From Camelus ferus (taxonomy: Eukaryota), in contig NC_045696.1 in NCBI RefSeq assembly GCF_009834535.1, positions 89,344,001 through 89,408,000 of the forward strand: a DNA stretch of 64,000 bases, read 5' to 3'. The stretch's first letter is position 1. The number at the start of each line of letters is the position of its first letter. Of this stretch, positions 48,170 to 62,192 are shown piece by piece. Position numbers and translations under genes: made by a program. Under the pieces are notes generated by a model. The model was given only the letters and a program-made list of their open reading frames with translations, was not told the origin of the DNA and searched no databases.

Positions 48170-48311
48170 GGGTGGGGGAGGGTATAGCTCAGTAGTAGAG
48201 TGTGTGCCTAGCATGCTCAAGGTCCTGGTTCAATCCTCAATATCTTCATTAAATAAGCAAACAAACAAATAAATAAACCTAATTACCCCCCGAAATTTTT
48301 TTAATTAAAAA
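48170..48311 (+). mobile_element. Camelid SINE with 14-bp TSD AAGAAGCAAATATG
   Basis: TSD at 48156-48169 and 48312-48325; tRNA-like head. Confidence 0.93.
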
Positions 48312-49032
48312 AAGAAGCAAATATGTCTACTTACAGTTATCTGAAAACAAGGGCCATATAACCCAGATTTCAAAGGAAAATTCCAATTTCTAATGTTTAA
48401 TAATTATGTAGATGATATATATAAATATAAATAAATACCTGAATTTATTTCTTTATTCGGATTTTGCTTCAATAAAGATAATTTATTAAATGTGCCACTA
48501 AATGTGATACTCAAGCCAGAAAATTATTTGTCATCAGATTTTAAGTCCTAATTTTTGTTTTTGAAAAATGGAGTCATCATTCTTAAAGGAAAAAAAAAAA
48601 AACCAGCCTTCAATTTAGAGTGTCCTAAAGTAGATTGGTTTAAAACTGACTTCAAAGGGCCAAGGTTGGAACAAGACAGGGATATATCTCCAGAATATGC
48701 AGAGCCCACTTATGGGCAACTTGAACTACTTCTGTCCGAGCAGGACTCTGAAACCAGTGTAAGGCTGAGCTGCTGAGAAAGTGGACCAGAGCTCCTTATC
48801 CTTCCTGTCCTGCCCGGTGAGGATTGCTTCCAGAGTTGAGACATGGGCCGGATTTACAGGTGTAAAGAGATAGAGCCCACAGCTATCCAAACGAAAGGCC
48901 TGCCAGGACAACAGGTTAAACAGATCATTGCAGTAAGGTCATTTGTCCATCATGCTGAAGAGCCCAGGTTTATTTTTTTGGGAAAAAATTCTTAGAATTT
49001 TAAACTTGTTTTTAAACTTTTAAACCAGTTCT

Positions 49033-49305
49033 TTATTATTATTATTATTGTTGTTGTTGTTGTTATTATTATTTTATTGAAATGTAATTGATTCACAATG
49101 TTAGTTTTCAGGTGCACAGCAAAGTGATTCAGTTATACACATACATACGTATATATTTTTTCTTTTCAGATTCTTTTTCATTATGTGTTATTTCAAGATA
49201 TTGAGTATAGTTCCCTGTGCTATATTGTAGGTCCTTGTTGTTTATCTATTTTATATATGGTAATGTGTGCCTTTATTTCCCAACCCCTAATTTATCCCTC
49301 CCAGA
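49033..49305 (-). mobile_element. L1 3' end with (TTA)n(TTG)n tail
   Basis: ggtgcacagcaaagtgattcagttatac...gttccctgtgctatattgtaggtccttg; imperfect TSD tttaaaccagttctt / tttaagctagttctt. Confidence 0.85.
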
Positions 49306-49354
49306 CATTTTAAGCTAGTTCTTAAACCTGTTAGAATTATATGTGAGATAAAAT

Positions 49355-49735
49355 ATGGTGGCTCTCATAAAAAAGAATGAAATTTTGCCATTTGCAGCAA
49401 CGTGGATAGACTTGGAGGAAATTATGCTTAATGAAATAAGTCAGAGAAAGATAAGTACTGTAGGATATCACTTATATGTAGAATTAAAAAATATATGCAA
49501 CAAACTATTGAATATAACAAAAAAGAAGCAGACTCACAGATTCAGAGAATAAACTAGTGGTTACCAGTGGAGGAGGGTGCAATATAGGGATGGAGGAGCA
49601 GGAGGTACAAACTACTGGGTGTTAGATTGGCTCAAGGATGTCTTGTACAACACAGGGAATGTAGCCAATATTTTGCAATAACTGTAAATGGAAGGTACCC
49701 TTTAAAAACTGTATAAAAATTTAAATAAAAAAATT
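49355..49735 (+). mobile_element. L1 3' end
   Basis: aaaaagaatgaaattttgccatttgcagcaacgtggatagacttggagg (ORF2 C-terminal KKNEILPFAATW) plus 3' UTR. Confidence 0.9.
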
Positions 49736-50019
49736 GAGAAGTTGTCCAGGTGATTACCAAAAAGACAAAAACAATGGCTCTGAGTAAAGATATGATAATC
49801 ACTACAAAAAAGAAGGTGCATAAACTTCAGGGCAAAACCATGAGATAGATATTTCTTTTGACCACTCTGAGATCATTCCTACTTCATATTTTTTGACTGC
49901 TCCTGATAAGTCATTTCTTGGTAGGTAAAATATTGTTATAATTAATTGTGAATACATATAAAACACAGATGCATGAAAGCTGTAGATTTTTTACATCTAT
50001 TGGTTCAGGCATTTAAAAT

Positions 50020-50915
50020 ACATATATAGCTTTTCAGGTGTACAGCATTATACTTTGACATCTCTATACACTAAAAAGTGATCACCACACTATCACCACA
50101 CTGGACCACAAGTCTATTTACTATCCATCACCAAATAGTTTACCCCCTTCACTCATTTCACTTACCCCTCAACCCTTGTCCCTCTGGTAACCACTAATCT
50201 GATCTCTGTATCTATGAGTTTGTTTTTGTCTTGTTTATTCATTTGTTTTGTTTTGTTTTGTTTTAAAGATTCCACATATGAATGGAATCATACAGTATTT
50301 GTCTTTCTCTGTCTGACTTATTTCACTTACCATAATACCTTCAAGGTCCATCCATGTTGTTGCAAATGGCAGTACCTCACTCTTTTTTATGGCTGAGTAT
50401 TATTCCACTGCATATGTATACCACATCTTCTTTATTCATTCATGCATTGATGGACACAGTTTGTTGCTATATCTTGGCTGTTGTAAATAATGCTGCAATG
50501 AACATTATGAGTATATATATCTTTTTAAATTAAAGGTTTTTTTTTCCTTTGGATAAATACCCAGAATTGGAATATTTGGGCCATATTTTAATTTTTAAAG
50601 GGGTGTCCATACTGTTTTCTGTAGTGGCTGTACCAATTTACAGTCCTATCAATAGTAAATAAGGGTTCTCTTTTCTCCACATCATCTCCAACACTTGCTT
50701 TTTCTTGTCTTTTTAATAATTGCCATTCTAACAGGTGTGAAGTGATGTCTTGCTGTGGTATTGGTTTGCATTTCCCTAATAACCAGTGATGTTGAGCATC
50801 TTTTCATGTGCCTGTTGTCCATCTGTATGTCTTCTCTGGAAAAATGACTATTCAGATTCTCTGCCTGTTTTTTAATCAGAGTGTTTGGTTTTTCTGTTGT
50901 TGAGTGTATGAGTGG
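50020..50915 (-). mobile_element. L1 3' end
   Basis: Minus ORF fragment NSHFSREDIQMDNRHMKRCSTSLVIREMQ...HFTPVRMAIIKK is L1 ORF2. Confidence 0.92.
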
Positions 50916-51443
50916 CTCAGGAATTTTCTCAGCATCCACAGGCAGAGGCAGATGTCTTGTAAAGCATGAGAAACTGAGGCATGTCTATGTTCTCTGTGGC
51001 ACTCAAACTTCTAGGAAAAAAGATCTTTAATTTAAAACTACTGCATGAAAACCATATTGATATTAAAACTGTGGGTACCTACATTCATTTGAATCAGGTA
51101 TTTTTGGTCAGAAAATAACAGTAGCAAATCTCCAAATAGCCTTCATTTCTTGGGATTCAACCAGTCACTCAGGATCTTTGATCCATATGGCTCCTCTAAA
51201 GGGCCAATAATTCTTTCCTGTGGTGCTCTTTTGGGAGACTATTTAAAAAACTGATTGCACAGCTAGGAAACTCCCCTTCAAGGTTTGGAGGAAAATATGT
51301 GTTATAAAAAACAGTTATTTATTTTTAAGTAGCTTTGGCTTCAAAGATATGATTGGCTAAAACAGTGGCTAAATCACACTGGAGGGCAAAAAGGAATTAG
51401 GTTACCATTTCCTAGACTGAGTTTATAGTGGTGTTCCATGGGA

Positions 51444-51549
51444 TTTTTTTTAAATTTATTTATTTATTAACTAACAAAGTTCCTGGGGATTGAACCCAGG
51501 ACCTCTGTGTGATAAGCATGCACCCTACCACTGAGCTATATCCTCCCCA
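51444..51549 (-). mobile_element. Camelid SINE (degenerate)
   Basis: ctggggattgaacccaggacctc...ccactgagctatatcctcccc. Confidence 0.85.
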
Positions 51550-52830
51550 CTTTAAGTTGTTAATTGGTATTTGGTGAAAAATAAGAAAGGGATCCCTTGG
51601 GCAAGTTCTGAGCAAACTGTCACCCTCTGAGAGGTTTATAATGCACACCAGTACTTTAAAGGTTCTGAGAAGTCCTGCAGATATGTATTTGATTCACATA
51701 TTCAATTAACAATCCTTATTGTAGATTTATTACGTGTCAAGTACTGTTCTAGGCACTGAGATAGAGTGATAAACTTAAACCCAGCATTCCCCCCATTTTC
51801 TGATCATGGAATCCTGGTGTTAGTGCAATTCAGTAACATGACTTGTTTCAAAGAACGCCATTTGTGAGATGTTGACAGGGTCTTCCTGTGCTTATGTTAG
51901 CATTCCAGCCAAGAGTACTTGAAGGCTCCTCCCTCTAGAAAATTAGGAGCCTTCCTCCGGGAGCTGAACTGTGGTGTTGGAGCTGACTGATGACGTTTGG
52001 GTTGGATTTGACCGATAATATTGCGTGGGATTTGCCCATAGACTGTAAACTACGAAACCGAAGATGAGACAGCAAGTGAAATTGGGCTGAACCAAAAAAC
52101 AAAATGAAAGTTTCAGGACAACTGAGTCATCCATCCAGAGGCTCTGTGGAGACTCCAGGTTTGGGGCAACAGAATGGCATCTTAGGAAACCAGACTAGAG
52201 TAAGAGGGCTTAAATCCAAATATAATGTGACAGAAGCCCAGAGAGTTCTTGAAATTTTTGCAGCCTGTTTATCACAATTTTATAAGGCACCAATGACCTT
52301 GGCCATGGGTAGCCAGGGGACTTTCAAGGGCAGAAGTGATAGTTGAGACAATGTGTCACTCACATGGAAACATATTTTTCTAATGATCTCATATGCTGCT
52401 AAACAGTGGTCAAAGGTTATTTGGCAGCCATTTTGGAAAGTGATAGCTACAGAGAGACAGCCGTAGAAAGAGTTAAGAGTGTACCTGGTCTTGAAACACA
52501 AACTTCCAGGTTCTTTAAATAGCTTTTGAAGCAGGGGGATGTAGGGTATGAAAAATGGGTTAGAAGACTGAGTGGTTATTTAAATACATTTTCTTATTTT
52601 TCCTTTGTGGATTTGAAAAGACCCTACTCACATCTTGCACATAACGTTTAATATATCTGATTACTGTTATCAAGTGCTCTGCTCCCCAAAGCCCCACCAG
52701 CTCCCCCAAGCTTTTCATCTTCAACCTACCTCTTCAGACCAAAAAATGATCTCAATTTATGTTGCCTTCCCATGTAATGATCATTTTTGCAGCCCATTTA
52801 TCATTTTCATTGATCACTAAAGAGTCTCTT

Positions 52831-53415
52831 TGATACAGGAAAATGGGGCGAGAGAGGATGGCCATGTTCCAGGTCTCAGACAAGCCCTTGGGTTGCATCC
52901 TACCAAGAGAGGGTCCTTGGCTTCGTGCAGGAAAGAATTCAAGAACGAGTAAAAGCAGATACATTTAGAGAGATGTACACTCCATAGACAGAGTGCAGGC
53001 CAAGGCAAGAGAAAGGCCATGAGGCTACCCGGCGTGGGTGGGTGAGGGGGTTAAAGTAGAAGTAGATACACACTCCGTAGACAGAGTGTGGGCTGGTTCA
53101 GATGGAAAGAGAGAGAGAGAGCTTGAGACTGAGAGGTGAGGTGTTGCTAGTTTTTATATGCTAAGAATTATTCCAACTACTTTGGGGAAGGGGCAGGGAT
53201 TCCCAAGAATTGGGCTACGACCCTCTCTTTGATTTTTCATGGTTAGCTTTGGAACTGTCATGGAGCTTGTGGGTGTGTCATTCACCATGTGGGTACAATG
53301 TGTGTATTATGAAGCTCAAGGTTCACTGGAGGTCCACCCTCCCACTATCTTGGGCCTCCAGGTCTCTTGGGAGTTGACTTTTCTGCCATCTTGGTGCTAA
53401 TTGCTGTGTCACTCA
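52831..53415 (-). mobile_element. ERV1-like solo LTR (copy 2)
   Basis: Starts tgatacaggaaaatgggg; co-linear with 43506-44125 (shared gggtccttggcttcgtgcaggaaagaattcaaga, gcttgagactgagaggtg, gggcctccaggtctcttggg). Confidence 0.8.
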
Positions 53416-54779
53416 CTTGGTTTCTGAACTTATTTTTAGAAGCCAGATTTAGTCAAAGCCGGTCCATGCTAGTCCATGCCAGTCAGATCTGCATCAAGAA
53501 ATACTCTCCTCTAAGAACCCAGAGCCTGGGTGGACCTCAAAGCTGAGCACTTGAGTTGTGGTGTTACAGGTGGCAAGACATGCTTCCAAGGGGCAATGTT
53601 TATTTTATACACATTTATAAAATGACTGCTATTTCTTGCTTGAGAAGAGCTCATCATCCAACACACAATTAATATTTACATTTGTCAAGTTTTTGTCAGT
53701 CTTTTCACAGGGGCCTTTGGAGGGTAGAGACTAATGGGAACTTTTGAGCACTGGGGCCTCATCTCTACATGAGGGCCCTCTGAGGATGGATCACAGGCAG
53801 AAACAGAGCACTGTGGTGATGAATCATTGCTTTCTGTCTTGGAGACCTGCCTCATGAAATCTCCTTCCTGAACAGTGAGAGGAAATTCCACTCACCCTGG
53901 CTCCACTCACAGAACCACAACTCACATTTGTGGGCTTTTTAGTTTCCTTCTTTCTGAGGTGACCAGCTTTCTTCCAACCAACTCCTTGTTGGCGCCTCTT
54001 CTTTATTTTGGCTTCCAGAATGAGTGCCGGGTCCTGCCCTTCCACAGGCACCCCCACCGCATGAGCTCACAGGTCTTCCCTGCTTTCACTTCTCTCACCG
54101 TTACTGCTAAGCCCTGCGGGGTTTTTAAACCACTCGTGTTGAGTAATGAGACTCCAGCAGTGTGGTTTGTTGTGAGAGTAATGCCATTTCTGGTGAAAAG
54201 GCTCAATATTTTGTTGTTGCTCTTCGTACCTGCCCCTAAGCCCAGGAGAAAATGAAAGTCCCTGTTTACTCTTTTATGAGAAACGCCCACAGTCTCCTCA
54301 AACCTCTTCCTCAAAGGTCCGGCTTTGGTTCCCTCTGGTGTTCACTGTCGCAGGGGAGACAGGCAGTCCCTGAACTTGTGGAACTGGTTTGAGCGAAGGG
54401 CTTCTCTCTTGATGATAAGTTGGAAGCTTTAGTTTTCCAAGAGCTTGGGCTGACTGAGGCCGGCTGAGTCCCCCATCAGGGTTCAGCCCAGCCAGGTCCC
54501 ATAGCTTCATGGTCACAGCCTAGGTCAGTCAAAATGTCCAACCTTCACTCAAGCCAGAGCTCTGTCCCTCCTCCTCGTGCAAGCTAAGGAGCTCAAAGAA
54601 AGCTTTTCTGTGGAAGTGACATAGAAGCTGAACGGCCAAGGTCACTTAATGAACTTGAATCATGGCCTCAGGAATGACAAAGGGTTAGCCAGACACACTC
54701 TTGCTTACATAAAACCCAATAAAGGCCTCTATTGTCTTCATAAATCCAACCTCCAGCTTGGTCTGCAGCTCTTTGTAAT

Positions 54780-55170
54780 CTCTCCAGCCTTTCACCAGAT
54801 TCCATGACAATCCTGCCTCTCACCTCTTCACAACGTTTCTTGAAAGCCAGAGGTTTCTTCTCATGAAGGCCTCTGCATATGCTCCTCTCTACCTCAAATA
54901 CTTTCTCAGTTCTCCTTCCTCTTACTTCTTAGTTAAGCCTCACTGATTCTTCACATCTCAGATTAGATAGCTCTTCTTCCAGGAAGCCTTCCCTGGCCAC
55001 CCAGGTAAGGCTAAGTTCCCTAGCCCTGTTCTTGTTAGTCTTTGTCATGATTGCCTGTGTCCCCACTGGACTGTAATTTCCTTAGTGGCAGGGACCATAT
55101 TTGCCTTCTTCACTACTTGATCTCTGGCATTTAGCACAATGCCTGGCACATAGTAGATGCTCAATAAATA
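54780..55170 (+). mobile_element. L2 3' end
   Basis: ttccaggaagccttccctgg...agcacaatgcctggcacatagtagatgctcaataaata. Confidence 0.8.
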
Positions 55171-57418
55171 TGGGAGAAATGATGGCCTGAAAGCAACTGG
55201 GAGACCCTAAAAGCAGCAGCAGAGTCAGGGGGCTTTCCAGGCCAGGTTCCTTGTATTGCACATATATGAGAGAGGCTGATACCGACATAACCAGGACCTG
55301 GAAACATCAGAACAGAGGAAACCCAGAGTCTGGTCTTTTCCGACAGCAGGAAGGAGCTGCAAAAATGTACTACTGGGGAGAAGAGAGTGACTCTGCAGCC
55401 AAGACTCAGGGCTGGCAGCCTGAAGGCCGCTGTCTGGATTCCACAGGCCTGCTCTGCCCATGGCCAGCTGGAGCGCTTTGCCTGGGAGCCACCTGGAGTG
55501 GGCTTTTGACTCCCCATCTCATGAGCTGCCTGGATCCAATCAACAGATCTGTCTCAACCCATCTGCTGACGTCCCTCCACTCAAATGTCAGCCTTAATGG
55601 CAGACTGATGATTTGTTCTTTCTAAGTCAGGTCAAGGGCAAAGGAGGCTGCGGGATTTGAAAGAAGAGAGTGGAGGGGGCTCAAATGGAAGGGTCGGGGG
55701 TGGTGTTATTTGCTTGGTCTCCACTGTGTCTTGTGGGTATTTCTGTGTACTTGAGAGATGCTGGGAAACCAACCACTCTAGGCTGACTAAGGGCTGGGAA
55801 AAAATAGCAAAGAACAAACCACCTCTCTTGTTTGTTCTCAGGGGCTGTCACTGATAGCATCTCTGCTCTCTGGCTCAAGACTGGGCCAGGTCTGGCCCGC
55901 CAGATGATGGGGGGAGCATCCTAACAGGTGTGGGGGAAGGCCCGGCAACCTGGCAGAGGGGCCTGTGGCTGCAGCTCCCAGTGGGCCAGCACCCTGCTCC
56001 TCCTTTGGTGAGGCAGGCTGCGAGTGTGGCTGCTGAAGCTGCATTATCCTGGTTCAAATCCCAGCTTGGCCATTTATGCCTGGCTATGTGCTCTTCAGCA
56101 AGTTACTTAAAAGTTCTTTGCTTCATTTTTTTTTCTCTTGTACCCTTTTCACATGTTTAAAGTCCTTAGAATACTGCTTGGCACCTAGTAAATACAGAGG
56201 CAGCATTTTCATCTGTGAAAAGGGAAGACTGGACCTGGTGAACTCTGAGAACCCTTCTGATATAAAATTCATAACATGCCTGGATCCAAATCCTGAGTCC
56301 ACCACTGCCCATCTGGGAGCTCTCAAGGTCAGGGTTAGCTTTGTCCCCTCAAAGGGCCTGGGAGAGTGCCTGACACAGAGTAGGTACTCAGGACAGTTTG
56401 CATGTATGCATGAATTGCTTGGGGAGGATCCTTTAAAGAGGCGTGAAGACTTGTTACGAAGAAGTAAGTGCCGGTTTCCCTCTGCTGTAACAGCTGGCCC
56501 ACAGCCCAGCTGCCACGGCCTTCGGGAAAAGGGAGCGGCCTCTTCTGTCTTAACAGATGAATTTGTGGTCTTGGGGAGCACCGAAGCCATGAAGGAAAGG
56601 GGGACAACCAGAATTTGGATGACCCAACCAGAAATGTGTGGCCCGGCCCCCTGCGCAGGGAGACCGGCACCCAGCTGACCTAGAACCCAGCCGCCCAGCA
56701 GGAGGGAAAAGCTCATGGAGTCAGAACCCAGGGACCTGAGTTTGAACCCAGTCCTGCTTTGCTCCATTGTGTGCTTTGGGGCAGAGCACATACTATGTCA
56801 GACAATCAATTTTAATAAACCAGGCAATGAATTTTAAAGCACTTCTCACAATATTGAGAGAATGGATGACTAGAAGCATCACTAAAGTCAATATTCTCCC
56901 TTCCTTTCTCAGGAGGTCAAATTATGTAACTTTTTCATGGAAAATTTTAGTTACCAAAGTGCTTTTAACATAGCTTCCCATGCACAGAACACCCCTGCAG
57001 GGCAGGAACCTTTCTTCTGTCCGTTTTGGAGATTTGATTTGCCATGGTTGCTAAGATCACTTGACTAGTTGAACCCAGATTTGCAGACCGTGAATCTTGC
57101 CATTTTTCTTTCTCCCTCTGCCTCCTAGCACGCAGTGCAAATGTCCAGACTAACATGAGATCTTTCGGATAGTTGAGTAAGAAAGAAATCTGGAGAATAT
57201 AAACGTGGGGTGCATGTGATTATGGCTCAAACTGTCAAGTGGGCGCCACTACTCCTGGGAACTGGAGAGAGAGCAGAAGGACCCACGAGCTGGCCCAGCT
57301 GTGAACATTGCAGGGTGTTCAGCTCGCCTATGGGTGACGTGCCCAAGAGGGTGCTAGTTACTGAGACAAGGTGGATGCTGAACTCATAATAGGAAAATTC
57401 TTCTAAAGAAGGGAAAGC

Positions 57419-57640
57419 ATGCAGCCACTGTGGAAGACACTATGGAGATTCCTTAAGAAAGTAAAAATAAACTTACTATATGATCCAGCAATCCCACTCC
57501 TAGGCATATATCTGGAGGAAACTCTAAACTGAAAAGATGCATGCACCCCAGTGTTGACATCAACTCTATTTGTAACAGCCAAGACATAGAAGCAACCTAA
57601 ACGTCCATCCACAAATGACTGGATAAAGAAGATGTGATAT

Positions 57641-57673
<33 letters not shown>

Positions 57674-58113
57674 GTAATACTACTCAGCCATAAAAAAGAA
57701 TGAAATACTGCCATTTGCAGCAATATGAATGGACCTAGAGATTATCAAACTAAGTGAAGAAAGTCAGACAGAGAAAGACAAGTATCATATGATACCGCTT
57801 ATATGCAGAATCTAAAAAAATGGCACAAATGAACTTACAAAACAGAAACAGACTCACATAGAAAACAAATGTATGGTTACCAAAGGAGAAAAGTTGGGGG
57901 GGGGGATAAATTAGGAGTCTGTATATTACTATATACAAAGTAGATAAACAACAAGGACCTACCGTATATATAGCACAGGGAACTATATTCAATACCATGT
58001 AATGGCCTATAGTGAGAAATAATATGAAAAAGAATGTATATATAACTGAATCACTATGCTGTACACCAGAAATTAACACAGCACTGTAAATCAACTATAC
58101 TTCAATTAAACAA
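57419..58113 (+). mobile_element. L1 3' end with internal (CA)n at 57643-57671
   Basis: tgatccagcaatcccactcctaggcatatatc...aatcaactatacttcaattaaacaaaaaaa; imperfect TSD aagaagggaaagc / aaaggggaaagc. Confidence 0.92.
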
Positions 58114-59599
58114 AAAAAGGGGAAAGCCTGAGTTCTTTGACCTGTCCGAGATCTTGGTATTTAATGCCTTAATAGAGAAAAATAGATCACTATATCACAA
58201 ATTTGTTTTTAGAATATATTTCCTAGTTGTAGTTCAATATAAATAGTTTCTTTTGTAATGTTCTGTATTTTATGCATTTAAAATCTAGACGAGATCTATA
58301 GCTTTACCAGACTATTGAATGGCACAAAATAGGTTAAGAACACTTGATCTAGAAGCAGATTTATGTGAAGCTAATAAAGTTAAAGCTTCAAGGTCCTTCA
58401 CTTTACCCTGTCCTTTCAGACTCTGTTCCTCAACTTGCATTTGTCCTTTTATATTATTTTCTTAAAAGATTCCAGCATTTGTATCTATTTCACACCCCAT
58501 AGCACAAAACTGTGATCCACCAAGACGATTAGCTTGGTAGTGGGCACAGAGCAGGCTTTCAGTAATTAATTTTGGGTTGATAGGTTCTGGGAAATGTAAA
58601 GAATCCTTGAGGTGTATCTGGAAATCCTTCAGACCCCAAGTGAGCACCTAAACTCCCTAAAAGGAGTGGGGCATTAGGGGCTTGGGAAGGGAAGGAAGGG
58701 CTGGCTCTACAGCTTGGAGAGCTGTGGGATGAGAAAAAAGAGGAGAGGAGAAAATAATGGAGGAAGACGAGTGCAATAGTTCATTTTGGGTCTTTAGCTA
58801 CGTCTGATAGATCTTCCTGGAGAGTATTCTCTCAACTTAGAAGGAAGATCTGGGGACTTAGTTTGAGGATTCAAAGCCTTGAATAGTCTATTACACCTCC
58901 TCACGAGATCACCAGGCAGCTCTGCACTCTGTGCCAAGCATTGCCCCAGGCGCTTTAGGGGTACAGGGTGGATCCAGGTGTAGTCCTTGACCTTGAGGAA
59001 CTTCCAGCTGCTGGGTGATATAGTCAGGATTTGAACCCAGGGCCTCGGGCTTCCTGTTTTGTGTTCTAAATTAATACTGTGTTGCCCAGTTAGAAAATGC
59101 CCAAGTCAGCTTGGAGCAATCAAGGAAGGCTTCTCGGAAGAGGTATCACTTGTGAGCTGAGTTGAGCTCAGCAAGTGAATGAAGAAGGAAGTCTGTTCTA
59201 CAGAAGGAAAACAATATGCTCAAAGGCCATAAGGTATGAGAAGAGAAAGGCATGTTTAAGCAGCAGCAAATTATGTGGAATGACAAAAGTAACAATAATA
59301 ATGATGAAAGGATGGTAGAATGTGCGTAGGCAGAGGAAGGAGATGAAGCTGGGGACTAAAGTTGGACCCAAACCATGGAGTACCTTAGCTCCCATGCTAC
59401 TTTGCCTTGTGTCTCAGTGGCACTGAGAAGTGGTCGATGTGTTTCAGGCAGGGCAGTGGCATGACCAGCACTGTGACATGGGACACTGTGTTCATGGGGA
59501 CCTTCCAGGAGGGTGTTTCCCAAGCCTAGTCACTTACTAATATAACCGTTTTTCCTTCTTTGAACTCACTTTTCCTCCAGCTTTCCCCACCATGGTAAA

Positions 59600-60440
59600 T
59601 GGTAAATGAGACAAATGTGTGTCTCAGGTCAAATATCTGGGGTCATCCTTGATTCTTCCCTTTCCTGCACTGCCAACATTCACCCATTAGCATGTTCTCT
59701 CCTTTCTGCTTCTAAGACGTAACCCAAGTCCATTCATCACTCTCCATAGCCATCGTGTCTGCTTGTCATCAGGTTTCTCCTGCCTTCCTGCAATCTCATC
59801 CCCATGCAGCAGCCAGACAAATGTGAAAAAATCAGATACTGTCAACTCCTCCTTATATCCCCTTACACACAGCTCTCCGCTGCCCTTGGAACAGAATCCG
59901 AACTCCTCACGGTGGCCATCGGAATCCAGGCTCGTCTCCAGTAACCTCAGACTCAGTTTACTCACCCTCTTGTTAGCAGGTCCTGGCCAGCTGGTCTTCT
60001 GATGGCTTCTAGGACTTGCCAAGCTCTTCCTGACTCAACTCTTTGGACTTGCTGTGTCCTGTTTCTAGACACCCCCCCCCCCCCGAGCGGTTCCTGCCGC
60101 CTGCTCCTCCCCCACCTTCCAGCTGAAATCTCACTTGTCGGGGGGCGCCCCGCACACTTCCTGCAGTTATTCTTCACCACAGCACATGGTGCCTTTCTCC
60201 CACAGCTCGTTAAGTAATAACAACAATAATAAATTTAAAATATATATACATAACCTTTTTCATCTAAATTTGGTTTATTATGCTTACTTATTTGAGGTCT
60301 GTCCTGTCCTGGGAGAACGCGGGCTTCTTGAGGGCAGGAGCGCGTCCATCCTTCACCGCGGTGCCCTCGGCCTCACACAGGAGATGGGGCCTGGAAAACT
60401 CAATAAATATTTGTTGAATGAGTGATTGAGTGAATAAATG
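59600..60440 (+). mobile_element. L2 3' portion
   Basis: ggggtcatccttgattcttcc...ctcaataaatatttgttgaatgagtg. Confidence 0.8.
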
Positions 60441-61123
60441 CATGCCATTTACTCTCCTGGAGCAAGGCTTTTTTTCCCCTCAGTTGTCTCTCATTCTAAG
60501 AAGGGAAGGGATGCTAAGTGGAAAAACAAACAAACCCCCCCCACCCCCGCAGATTCTTCCCTTTGGTCTTGTCTTTCTCCTTTGCCAGTCTTCACTTATT
60601 GGTTATGAAGATGAATTTCTGATGCTGCTTCTTTTTCCCCAGAAGATGCACATTCAGTGCGCTGACTGCTGAGGCCTGTGGTGACAGCTTTTCAGCGAGT
60701 CTAGGAGCTGTTGCTTGCTCCTGCCAGTCAGAAAACAACGCCATGTCAGAGCAGGGGAGCAGCAGTGAAGGCAGCCCACCGCCCAGGGCAAAAGGCTGAG
60801 CAGAAGGGATGGGAGAAGCGCACTTCAGGCTTAGCCCATTTGTTGTATAAATGAGGAAACTGAAGCCTCAAGAAGTCAAAGGAACAAAATCCCATCCTGT
60901 TTTTCCTGACTGTCCGCCCACCGCCACCCCAACCTGTTTCTGGTGAGAGCCTGGATCTGAGTGACATCACCGCCCTGTGGTCCATTCCTCACCAGGGTCT
61001 GCTCTGATGTGGACACAGGGTTGTGCTGTCAACAGCCTGCTTGTCCTTCTTGAGCACTTAGGGATGTGCCTGACATTGGAGTGCCCTCTGCCACTCTACA
61101 GGAATCTAATGAGACTTTATTTT

Positions 61124-61270
61124 ATTTCGTTGTTTTTTTGGGGGGGGGGAGGGGATGTGGGGTAAATAGTTTTATTTATCTATTTATTTTAATGGAGGTA
61201 TTGGGGATTGAATACAGGATTTCGTGCTTGCTAAGCATGTGCTCTACCACTGAGCTACACCCTCCCCACA
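61124..61270 (-). mobile_element. Camelid SINE
   Basis: ggaggtattggggattgaa...ctctaccactgagctacaccctcccc; TSD gag(a/g)ctttatttt. Confidence 0.9.
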
Positions 61271-61399
61271 AGGAGGCTTTATTTTTATTCTCAACCCAAA
61301 TCCTGCCCTATGGGTTAACGAGGTTTTCAACTTTCTAACTTAAAATGCAGTAATAGAACTTTTCTTCATTTATATTTAATTTACTTCTGACAAGATCTA

Positions 61400-61765
61400 A
61401 GGCAGGGCCACCACAGGGGACTTGTGAGCCTCATGTGATTTGAATGTCTCATGCCCTGCAGGCATGCTCTGCTGAACCCCCACAACTAATTTGAATTAAT
61501 TGCCAAGATTAAAACTTGGGCATTTTAATGTAATAATCTGAGATTATGGCTTCTCTTGAAAAATACAAATATCCAGCAATTCTGGGCCACACTCCATTAT
61601 GGTAATATTTGGCTGGAACCGAGTAGAGTTTGCCTCACGTAGACCTGGGGACACTCCCTAGTTTAACAGTCACTACTACTCTCATGGCCTTACATGCAGC
61701 TGGCTTTACTCATTTCTTTTACCTGCTCAGTTGTTATTATTTATTTTTTTGAGTTTGTAACCCTT
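61400..61765. mobile_element. Probable hAT DNA transposon (MER102-like)
   Basis: ggcttctcttgaaaaatacaaatatccagcaattctgggccac motif; family tentative. Confidence 0.45.
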
Positions 61766-62192
61766 GGAATATCCTTCCAAAAGCATTCTGGATCCTGCTG
61801 AGGTCATGATCTTGCAGACCTTCAGCACAGCACGTCCCAGCCTTCGTCTTCACAGTGTGAAACCAGCTTCCGCTACACTGGGTCATGGTCATCACATGCT
61901 TTCACCTGAATGACTGTGAGAACTGAAGCAAAGTCAGTCCAGAGGGATTTGGAGGAAAGATGCAGGCGAAACTCAAGATAAGCTGTAACTATTTTAGGTT
62001 AGGAAAGAGACAGATTCAGATTCAGAGAATCCTCCCAAATTTCACTTGAGGAATAGTTATTAAGGCTCGACTATACTCCGGGCACAAAGAGATAAAAATG
62101 TAGGTTATTCTCACCCACTTTCTACCATTGCCGTCTGCTTCTGCTCCTCCCACTCTTCTGAAGTAGCTCTCTCAAAGGGCATTAACAATCCC

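Noticed and set aside
44126..52830. Full-length provirus between the two LTRs (9.3-kb spacing)
   Set aside because: No gag/pol/env remnants; the interior holds older MIR/L2-like pieces; LTR copy 1 has its own 4-bp TSD; the LTRs differ by many substitutions and indels.
51900..54520. Coding-looking ORFs at 52104-52346 and 53685-54516 as a possible processed pseudogene
   Set aside because: No recognisable parent protein and no poly(A) tail with TSD; a tblastx search would settle it.
56076..56791. Antiparallel 200-aa and 222-aa ORFs
   Set aside because: They cross MIR and L2 fragments, have weak or non-ATG starts and no protein similarity; consistent with chance.
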